A stretch of DNA of 64,000 nt from assembly GCA_044892505.1 (NCBI GenBank), contig CM097883.1:256060001-256124000 (forward strand). The letters run 5' to 3'. This stretch comes from Schmidtea nova (lineage: Eukaryota). Each line of letters starts with the position of its first letter. The stretch's first letter is position 1. The notes under the pieces are model-generated. The model was not told where the DNA came from and did not search any database. It worked only from the letters and a program-made list of their open reading frames with translations. A program made the translations under genes and the position numbers. Shown here one piece after another: positions 25,701 through 34,700 of the stretch.

Positions 25701-25767
25701 GTGCAGTTATTAACTTATCTCGTAATGTTTCGAAGGCTGTTTGTTGTTCGCTTCCCCATATGAACAT
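19774..25767 (-). CDS. pol: Polyprotein 3' part: RT connection, RNase H, integrase, ankyrin modules, FN3-like ectodomain, TM
   Basis: ATDASGYAAGAVLGQ (RNase H). HDGKLGGH...CLTC, MDVIGP, TDQG, GQTERFN and GKGPY (integrase). Continues the upstream ORF after a 1-nt deletion. Confidence 0.95.
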   Translation of the reverse strand: MFIWGSEQQTAFETLRDKLITAPILVHPDFKKPFLLATDASGYAAGAVLGQYDDEGKERVIGYYSRTFKKHEKNYSVTEREALAIILAIKHFKYLLWGHVICITTDHQPLVWLGQHKETSSRLMRWAMQLQEYSPDIKFKSGKANANADCMSRLTFPELTDPEVQRICIMIAEDLDFSELKKDQQEDKELRPIIEFLSSRNMDVFKDNAELKEHMRKYQHRYTIEKGWLLIRDGEKRLMCLPGNRRKEIITQYHDGKLGGHMSNKKTLDRMRQKYYWPTMDEDVKEWIKNCLTCATRKDSGKKWKNPLKPMPIPAEPMTTIAMDVIGPLPESLNGNQYILVITDYLTKFPEAFAMPDQKAKTVARILVEEICCRYGTPKQILTDQGTNFMSEILDEVTNYFRIAKLRTSPYHPQTNGQTERFNGTLIRMLSNYVSKHQTDWDEYVKLCLMAYRMSIHAATKLSPFQLMYGRECNMPIDLEYQPPLSQYMEEDDYVTKFKERMQEIWKTAELNIKFYQESYKDLHDQKKNVKTNDLKPGDWVMIETPEIIPGTVKKLQRPGKGPYEVIYKKENNVKVKLVNRPLIRPIYVNTCRCKKVPKTITTVPEERIITRSQTARINMLRATDESTEAENKQQEKRNKEIVLKAREIMGKWHVRDDILRDIQSIISDYARGLPTKPVISELLEKIPEILSLEDIGGQPALHNAIKWGEVERVKEFLKIAKETNQHLGFGNSEQETPLMVAAIYKSDKAIIDLLINADFNWTERDRENKTVLNHAIWSSNQIMLKQIIEKATWEIDELIKGDIIKEAKKIGNCKTIRKLIKWKRSENDTWVLNINEVYSEGQNALLQFLLKLVCDQKTLLIVLDRRNITISKNKEEYKFESEKEALFSNIREWCAKSLTKSITYKDISNFQDKYKTVEEEYDKLIDILNHPEKCKQFLCRKERESKRKFTPLFSAEVPYQERLDAIQDKAKELLPEFENSKHTLEILGAIVEKVRAYAEGTYNENDMMIIKREMPVTFLLTKNGVLPIHRALRAGKDRRVVEIARLMQDCGSDMNRKDKKGDTLMIFAARANTKTRVLQELYEAGAGLMGRTNKDSSILDVALLAHNWEVINFIKTITNQEEIEYLTRTVKKASVHFMMHNAELTEAILNWMNPNTNEPAFRINEFMEQGQNLYIKCALIINKWPKIIDIFMRRKDLRFTNNPKETERTDKWKELMKTYLNNWIKAKKEILDCKLTDKEIPKQAETQEYEASILTTITYEKMIEAINVEDDIFNDQRGGDNTGNDDDSTRENPEDHELSDKEDSEEKGRDTEKNDKKNEFGKQRNNNYKNKNEVKRTGYKQTINPFFKPELLLLTVIMTLISPTQGMICEERATIQIGNAKGIERVCWSKKDKISGQNSPMDCRISEYEQEIIEIDDLELDTWYRMCTVRKPKDPRSHKTIACANYLTPKVTITVQQSSKGDYVVGKCGRTETQGTKNKKPQTIDRRTTPTIQITIDRPEVRVTTNETERVTYQTELLCLALILTMLKRLEEGIDIDTMAVTEMNDTQNTNPKCWARSNEEIGVSEIKTSRKRKTNKVTKISEVKADRTYELCLLEKERHKKGTTICKTFQPGETIKFIRRGRRNKRTKRRTTIMLELTGIEPDVKGVCWKKQEKKTNQNTPPQCRTNRGTTTIQIEGLESNQTYEICLIRKSDKITVNELECKIYKTPTRTRIGKTTRKSRRQRNKGKTRYTTTFKPNGQQKNQEIQIKTEKNTTATLILWRIDNKTLEICWAVVQEQKERQPRYCENVKGKEEISIRNLKFNSEYEICAIEKTDILGNQQERCETYYTPVNSTSKGKVRKLEFKELSQTTKRMDAEQVVIDPYARWTPEEVIKEVKRKQQEREQLLTKLKGQYGPMINQSEITKMDVNKQVRELFGLGILAATIPVITVLLIIWIYDVFNKKPITHWPDIKIMNYSIELPEEVQKEFQRRTKGKEFWRQIEDEERYEGKTVMVI
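19950..21720 (-). other. C-terminal membrane-protein module of the polyprotein: signal peptide, 4 FN3-like repeats, polybasic sites, TM
   Basis: PELLLLTVIMTLISPTQG|MICEE. Repeats share C-W...(I)xxL...Y-x-[IML]-C...C-x-x-[YF]-x-[TP]-P. RNKRTKRR at ~20872-20907. Sequons NET, NDT, NQT, NTT, NST, NQS. TM LFGLGILAATIPVITVLLIIWI. Confidence 0.65.
22420..23680 (-). other. Two ankyrin-repeat modules (~3 repeats each) after integrase
   Basis: GQPALHNAI, QETPLMVAA, ENKTVLNHAI (~23400-23680); GVLPIHRAL, KGDTLMIFAA, KDSSILDVAL (~22420-22705). Confidence 0.85.
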
Positions 25768-28700
25768 ACGTCTTTCTTTACTAGCTCCTGGATTGGTTTT
25801 GCAATTCCTGCGTAATCCTTTATGAATTTTCTATAGTAACCGCATAATCCGAGAAATTCTTGGATCTGCGTTATCGTCTTTGGTACTGGACATTCTTTTA
25901 CTTTATCAATGTTTCTGGGATCTGGTTCCTTTCCTTTTGCGGACACAATATGTCCTAAGAATGTCACTTTCTCTTTTGCCCAATCGCATTTCGATGGTTT
26001 GAGCTTGAGTTTCCATTGTCTCAATCTCACAAATACATCTCTGATATCTTGGATGTGTTGTTCAAATGTGCTTGAGTAGATTAGTAGGTCATCAATGTAA
26101 ACCATGCATTGTTTTATGCCGTGGGTGACAAAATTCATACATCTTTGAAATGATGCTGGTGCATTGGTTAGTCCAAATGGCATTTTCCTAAATTGGTACA
26201 AGTCTCTTCCGATAGTGAAAGCAGTTTTCTCTTTGTCTTCCTCTTTCATTTTAATTTGCCAGTATCCGCTTTTCAAATCCAATGATGTAAAATATGCCGC
26301 TCCTTGTAATGTCAATAACATCTCGTTGATGTCTGGTAATGGGTATGTATCCCTTTTTGTTACCGCATTTAATCTCCGATAATCAATACAAAACCGTTGT
26401 GTTCCGTCTTTCTTTTTCACCATTACAACTGGGAATTGCCACGGTGAGCAGCTTGGTTCAATTACTTCTGCGTCTAGCATTTTCTGTACTTCTGCTTCTG
26501 CTACTGATTTTTGCGCTTCAGCTAACTTGTATGGTCTTAACGCAATAGGCGTTTTGTCTGTTAGTGGAATCGTATGTAGTGTGACGTCGCATGTCCCTAG
26601 ATCTAAATCGGATGCTGCGAATATGTCTTTATATTCCATCAGTAACCTTTCTAGCTGTTTCTTTTGATCCTCATTTAGTAGTTGGCTATCAATGTTCCAG
26701 GTGGGTTCCTCCTCTTTTACTCCTTCTTTTATTGGTATTTCGATATCTATCATTGGAGTTAGTTTACCTAGTCTTTCATTTTCATAAATTATTTTATCCT
26801 CTTCATCGAAATTTACTACATTTATTGGGATTTCTCCGTTGTCATTCGCACTCACTAATCCCCTTGCCATTGGCAACGACTTTCTCTTTTCAAATCTTTT
26901 ACTGGGTTCAAAAATCATGTCACCTTCTATTGTAGGGTCTATTTTTACGAAGCATATTTTCTCTCTCCGTGCTGGTACGATTATTTGTTTCGAACTTGTT
27001 ACTTTTGCTTCTATTGCGCATATCTGTCCTGTCCTGTCCTTTAGTCTCATTGTTCCGAGATCAATAACTATTTCTTTAAATAATGCTGGCATTAAATCTG
27101 TGCCTATAATGCATGGTACGCTTAGTGCTGGTATTACTGCTACGTACGTTTCGATTTCCGTGTTTTGATGTTTTATCTTTACCCACCATCTTCCGGCAAC
27201 TTCTACTACTTCTTTACTGCATGCTATTACGTGAACGTTGGTTCTCTCGATATCCCGTCTTTGTTCTTGTGGTATCCATTTTATATCTATTGCTGAGATA
27301 TTTGCTCCTGTATCAATCATCGCTTCTATTTCCCTTCCGTTAATTTCGATTGTTGTAGTTAATACCGGACCGGTGTTTGATGACATTACTGCAATTGTAT
27401 GTGAGTCTCCTTGCGGATCTACGCTTCTGCACCGTCTCGTTCTATAGTCTTCTGGTATCATAGGATATATGTTTGTCATCGGCATCATTTGCATTGTATT
27501 TTGTCTCATCCCTGGTGTTGGTTCTTGGTACATGGTTGGTGGGGGTGCGTAACACTTCCACATTTCCGCTGGATTCTTTTCGACATACTGTGGTACTTGA
27601 TTTTTAAATACTTGACCTCCTTCGTTATCATCATCATCGTCGTCACTGGAATCGTCTTGGGTTCTGTACCCTTTCATTCTTTCCCATAGTCCTTTTCTCT
27701 CTTTCTTTAGTTGTTGTCTTGCTTGCTCGTTATTCATTATCTTTTTAAATTTTCGTCCCACCTCTTCATCGGTTCCTTTCATTTTTGCCAGTATTTTTAG
27801 GAGTCTCTTTATTCGGTGAATATCTTTTGAATGACCGTGTAATACCATTGTTTTAGCCAAAAATGGTAAGAATCCTACCACCAATTTCCAATTTACTTTC
27901 TTTTCTCTTTTATAGATGTCAAAACAGGCTAACATTTGCGTTATTATTACCCGTATTATTTGTATAATTAGTATAACACCAAGTATTCCTGCCATCATTT
28001 GTCCAAATATTAAAAATCTTCCCCACATCGCTTTCATCATGTTTTCCGTTGCCTTCTTAAAGTGGGCTGGTGACAATAATAATTCGTAATTTGGTCCACC
28101 TTGGTAATTTGTTCCTCCTGTTATTGTTACAATGCTGGATAACACCGCTTCCATTCTTGCTGGAAATAGTATGTTTTGTCTTGCTGCTTCTAAGTCTTTT
28201 GCGCTATAGAATCCCATATTACTTACATCTACGTCTTTAAATTTTCGTCCTTTTGATAGTTGCATCAATTCAAATTCCCTTGGTGCTGGTACCTCTGTTC
28301 TTGACGGAAACATAACCCAATTCCCGTCTGGTTTTTGGTATAGTGGTCCATATGCGTTGCTGCAATTGAAAGGATTTGGTTCGAAGCTTATTGGATTTAT
28401 GATTCTTGTCACTGGTTGCACATATCTTACTTTCCCTTTATATTCGATTTCTAGTTCGTTAGTACACTGACCTGGTTGTAATTTTGTCATTGTCGCTACC
28501 TTCGCGTTTGTCTTTTTACATATGTATACATACATGACCTCTCCGACTACCCTTCCAAAATGACCTTCTCTCAATGGTAATAATGGCATTGCACTATCAG
28601 GGTTTGTGATTGCTACCGCTAGTTTTGTCTTTAATATTTCCCTATTTAATATGCAATCGTTGTTAATTAAATCGTAATACACTTTTTGTAGTGACGCTTG

Positions 28701-31700
28701 TCCTCTATGGAACAGAAAATCCATTTTATTGTTCATGTAAAGGTGTAATTTAACATCGTTCGTGTGCACTTTGCGTTTCGCACTAGGTACTTCTTGTTTT
28801 GATACAAAAATGCCGGGGTAGTTGGTTTCCAACATAGCTACTCCGCATTTCAAGGCTGTTTTTCCTTTTACAAACCTCATTCCGATATCTGCATCTGAGG
28901 TAATTAGTACCGTTGGTGTATTTCTCATTTTAATTTGTTTTTCTTGTGTTCGGGTTTCAATCTTTTTCTCTCCTCGTACTGTGTCTTGAAGTATTTTTCC
29001 TCTTGCTACCTCGTCTTCTTCTTCCTCTTGGAAGGTTTTCCCTTGTATCTCATCGAATTCTGCTTCCTTTAACAGTTGTAGTTGACATTCCTTTCCTCGT
29101 ATCTGGTAGGTTAAGGTTGACATACCGGTTTGGCAAGTGTTTGACTCGATTTTGCACATGGGCAGGGTTTTCATTTCTCCCGTTGTTGGATCGAAGAATG
29201 CCTCGTACGTTTTTAATTCTACTGTATAGGTATCTATTACCACTAGGTTTGTTGCTGCTACTCCGAATATTGGATATGTTGCTCCTTGGCAGTACCCTTC
29301 TCCTCCCGTAATAGCTCCTGCTACATAATAAGTTTGTTGCAATATCACTCCCGTTTTTCCTCTTATCTTTACTCTATCTCTAGTCTCTACTTCTCCATGT
29401 TTAAATAATTTTTCGCAGTCTTCTCCTTGCAGCATTACCGATTCTCTTTCCGTTCCTGGCATCACGATTGCTGAATAATGGCGGTGTCCACAATAAAAAG
29501 CAAATCTGGTTTTATAAACTTTGCATTCCCTGACCATTGTTCTTATCAGTTCAGCTTCCTGATATACGTGGTATAATTGTCTCTTTTTTAATGTTTTTAA
29601 CTCCGTTGGGGTTGCGTCCTTACATTGTTCTGTCCCTCGTAGTGAATATTTCTCACCTAATGCCATTTGATCGCAATCGAATACTTCAAATGCTGTTGCG
29701 CCGTCAGTACTAATCATCCATATTAACATCATCATAATAATGGAACTCAAGTTTAGTGACGATTTCCCGTTTCCTGTTCCCGACTTTTCCTTTTCCAATT
29801 CTCCCAATATCTCTTCGAATTTCCTTTTCATATTTTTGGCTTGGTTTTTCTTTTGGTTCGTTTTTGTGAATGTCTCCCATCCTCCTTTACTGATGATGTA
29901 CGGTTCTATTTCCTTCTCTATAATTTTGGCTGTATTCTTTATATGTCTTTCAAGTGCTGTGGGTTTCAGTCGACCTCTACTCAGTGTCAGCAGATTGTAA
30001 ATGGTGTATGCCATAGCTATTAAATATTTGTTATCCGTCTCTGCTCCTTCCGTTAACTTCTTTATCAACATCGTGGTTCCTTGCCAATCTAGGTGGTTTG
30101 ACCTTGTCTTCTCTTTTATTAATTCTGGTAGGATTGGTGCGATGGCGCTATGCAGTGATTTCGCCCTTTCGCTTATTTCGTTTATTCTCCACCATTTCTT
30201 TAATTCCGGATCGATTATTGCCAGTATTTCTATTAACATCTTTGATATCCATTCTTCGCCTTGGTATGTTTGTGTTGTTTCTTTTTCTTTCGTTTCGGCT
30301 ATTTTATTTAGTTTCTTTAGACACAAATCCCATTGATCCCGTCTTTTTTCCTCTCTTGATTTTATCACTACATTTGCTGGATCTATCTTGGGTCTACCTC
30401 TAGGTCGTTTATCCATTGTCGTGCCCATTTCTACTAATCTTGTTTCTCGTCCAGTTTCTTCTGTGACGTCTCTTGGTTCATTGGCTCTTTCTTCTAACCA
30501 TCTTTCCATTTCTTGTGTGAATTGTACATTTTCTACATTTGCCCTCCTTGCTTCCTCTTCTGCTATTTCATTTACTTCTTCGATGATTATTTCTTGTTCA
30601 ACTTCATCTTCGGTGTTGGTTACCGGTATTGCTGTTGGTAATTCTTGAATTCTTTCGAAAATATTATCATCTTTCTCTTTTGTTAGCTCTATTAACTCCT
30701 CTAACATATCATCGCTATCTGTAAAAATTTCGTCTACATCGTATGGTTCTGGTGGTGTTCTTTCTCTTGTCTCTCTTGGTGTTGTTCTAGCTTGTTCTGA
30801 GCTTGTTCCTGGAGTCATTACCGATTTCATTGGGCTCGGCGTACTCATACTTCCTTTTGGTTTCTTTTCCTCTTTCAATTTTAATGGTTGGCCTGCTATT
30901 GCTGCCACTGTCAATGTATTTGCGATATCTAATTGCGCTGGCGTTATTCCAATTTCTAAGCTGTTATCTAATGATCGTCCTTGGTGTTGTAAATGGAATG
31001 GTGGTTCATATCTCAATTTCTTTTTAATGTCTCGAACTTTCTCCGCTATCCCTACCCAAAACTCTTCTTTTTCCTGGTTCGGATATACTATTCTTAGGTG
31101 TACTTTCTGTGGCGATTCCTGCGAGAATTCCTGGTTTCTCCATTTTTTAATTACGTGATCCAATTGTTCTGGACACCACTCGTTAACTCTTTTGTATTCG
31201 GCGATTGCTTTTGCTACTTTACGCAAGCATGTTATGTCTTCTCCATTAACTACGAAAAAATCTGCTAGACCTTTTACTACTTTTCTCTTGCCGTGCGCAT
31301 TGGTTTTTAATATTTCGACAAATTCCTCTGTTTTTTGTTTCTCTCTTTCCAACCACATGGTTGCCGTTTCTGGTCCGTCTAAATCTGCTGGCATGGCTTT
31401 TCTTGTTACCATACAAACCCTTCCCGTTTCCGGTTTGTGATCGTCTTCTATGCCTATTTCGTATTCCTCTTCGTATTCGCCTGCTTTTGGTTCCCAACAT
31501 TTTCCTCGTTCGTTCCATTGTTTTTCTACAGGTGTTCGTAATCGTCTGTTGAGATTGAGTTCTTCTAATACATCTTCCCATTCTGGCCAAATCCGCCAAT
31601 TTCGATAAATGTCTACTATTTGTTGTAATTTATGCACAACTTCTTTTTGTCGTTCCCGTTCTCTTTTCTCATCCTTAGCAGTTTCTCTTGGTTTATCGTC

Positions 31701-34700
31701 CATTCTGATAACGTGGATGGTTTGGTGATTATCCCATATACCAATTTTATATAGCCGTCTTTCATCGTGATCCCATAATACATGTTCGTTGTATTTCATG
31801 ATTATGTCATCTTCCCATTCTTCTTCTGGTTCTCTTTGTAATAGTGTCTCGTTGATGACATTTACTAATTCTTTTATGGTACAATCTGCTACCACTTCAA
31901 TTTCTTTGGTATCCTCATTAGGTAACTCTACTGCAATTTTCAGATCTGTTATTTTCCCTTGTCTGAACATTGCTTTTCCCATTTTGGCAATTACTTTTCC
32001 GTATGAGATCTGTGACCATCTCGTGTGACTTGTGTCACGTATGCACTCGATACATCGTTTTAACTTTTCGTATTCGCTTCTCATTAACTCCTTTCTATGT
32101 TTTTTGATTTGTGGGATGATTTGTTCTATCATGGAATTTAGATTTCCTCGTAAGATTCGTCCTTTCTCATATTCTAACCGTGGTTTTATCTTCTTCTCGA
32201 AACACATATTTGCTTCCTTTGCTACTTCTTGTAGGTTCTCTTCCCTCTTATCATCGCATATCGATAATGTCGTCACCTCTCCTGGCCATATGCCTGTTTC
32301 TATCAAATGCGTCCTTTTCTTCACTAGTCCATTCTGTGAATAGAGGAATTTGTTTTTATATGAACTCCCTAATCTATCTTCTACCCATTGATAAATATCT
32401 TCCGTGAGTGGAGTTTTGACCCAAATCCTTGGCAAACATGTTTTTATCTCTATTAGGATTATATATTCATGGAGTGGTTCTTTTAATAATTTTCCTACGT
32501 ATTGGCTTAGTGTTTCTACTTCCCTGCCTGGTAACCACTCTTTATAGTTCATTTGTAATATCGCTCTCATGAATTTTCTATAGTGTTTCTTGTCAATGAA
32601 TTCCTCATTATATATTACTTCTAGCGTATTATCTAATAATTTCTGGATCTCGTCTTCTTTTACTTGAATAGTTCCTGGTGTCTTTACTACTTCTATCTTT
32701 TTGTCTTCAATTTCTGGTTCGTTTAGCATGTCCCCTGCTAGACTACTGACGTCACTATCCTCTTCGTCGTCTGAAAAATTCCTTGCCTGGCCTCTCAACA
32801 TGTTAATGTGTTTTATTTGGTTGATTTCCCTTGGTGTATTTTCCGTGGGTCTTGTTTCACTTTTAATAGCTTTTTGTGTTGATTCACTCTTGTCGTCTAC
32901 TACCTCGACCTTTCTCATTTTTCGTTCTAACTCGTCTATTTCTTCCAGCCGTCTTCGTATCATTTTCCCTTTAAATATTCGACTGATTCGTGTTTCGTGA
33001 CGCACTGGCGATGGAATTCCTTCTGGTTCTATTTCCTTGATTACCATCACATTTCTTTTTGTCTCTACTACTCCCATGTTTTCCCATGTATCCGTTAGTT
33101 TCAATTTTACTTCTGGTGCACCTTCTATTTTTAGGAATACTTCTCTGGGCAGTTTCGTTACTCCTGGAGCCATTTCATTCACTTTATTGAACAATATTTC
33201 TACTTCTTCCTTTATGTTATATTGGAATCGAAACACGTGCTTGTTTGGCAATATTACCATCATTCCTCTTTTCCCGAGTTTCCTTTTCTCTTCTTGGTTC
33301 CTTTCTTTTTCTACTTCCTTTTCTGTTTCTTTTTCTGCTTCTTCATCTTCTTGTATTATCTCTTTTCGGCCTTCGTTGTTGGTTGGATTCGGGTTTGTTA
33401 GATTTATTTCTGGAACAGTCTCTTTCTCGTGGGTATTTGTTTGATTGGTTGCTCTCATCATATTAATTCTTAGAGGTTGTCGTTCTCTTTCTTGCTGTTT
33501 TTGTTCCTCTTCTCTTTGTATTCTTGCCCATTCCTGAGCATGTCGTGCTTGGCTTTCTCGATTCAATCGTTCGTTTTCGCTTTCTATTTTTCTCATCATA
33601 TTGATTTGTTGTTGACCTGTTTGCGGATTTCCTCTGGTTGTATTGTTTATCAGCTCCGTCAATCTTTGAACCTCTTGCATTAAATGTATCTCTTTAGTGG
33701 TATTTTTATTTTGGTTATTATTATTACTATTTGGTTGGTTTCCGTATTCCGGTTGGTTTCCATTATTTGGCTGATTCCCATAATTCTGTCGGTTTCCACC
33801 AGTTGGTTGGTTTCCATAGTTTTGTCGGTTTCCGGTATTCTGCCAGTTTCCTCGTTGATTGCTTCTTTGTCCGCAATTTCTTGATAGGTGTCCAGGCCGT
33901 CCACAATTAAAACAGGTTATTGTGTAACATCTGCTCTCTGAATGCCCTTTTACTCCACATTTTCCACAATTCAAGTTCTGATAACATTCTTGTTGCCAAT
34001 GTCCCAATTTCCCACATGTTTTACATTGTTTCGTTGGTCCTTGGGGGTTGTAATTGCTTTGATTTCCGAAATTTGATACTTTATTCCCTTCATTCCTTCG
34101 TTGCGGTGGTGGTCGGTTTAATTGTTGTGAATTTGGAATGTGGTTATTCAGGTTCACTTCTTGTTCGTTTTGTGCTGTATCCATAGCTAAATAGATTCTA
34201 CCATCATTTCCTATCATGTGTAGTTCAAATCTATTAGCTGTTTCTAATGCTTGGTCAATAGTTTTACACCCTTGACATCCAACTTGCGCTCTTATGTCGG
34301 GTCTTCTTAATCCTCCCACAAAGATAGCTGCCATTAACTCTTCATTTATTGGACTGTCTTGATTGAAAATCAACTTTGCCAACTTTTTTAATTCGCTTGC
34401 ATATACCGCATTTGATTCATTTATCTTTTGTTTCCTCATTGAGAATTCCGTGAATGCCTCATTCAATACTTTGTTTATTCCGAAGGTTTGTTGGAAAAAG
34501 TCCTTTATCGCTGACCAACTTGTAGGTGGATTAATTCCATTTTTTGCTTCCAAATATAGATCTAATGCGCTATCTTTTAAATATAGCTGAATTCTGCTTA
34601 CAGTTGTTTCTGGTTTCCACTTGCATACTTCCACGAATATGCCAAATTCCTTTAAGAAAGTTTCTAATTTACTCGCATCTCCATTAAACGGTTCTCCGGA

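Noticed and set aside
25710-25767. Programmed ribosomal frameshift between the two large ORFs
   Set aside because: The break lies inside the RT connection region (KKDV-x-FIWG), has no slippery heptamer, and is explained by a 1-nt deletion.
27835-29750. Errantivirus/baculovirus F-type env
   Set aside because: No furin site + fusion-peptide arrangement of F proteins was seen; the Cys spacing and C-terminal motifs fit chuvirus-type G better (by eye).
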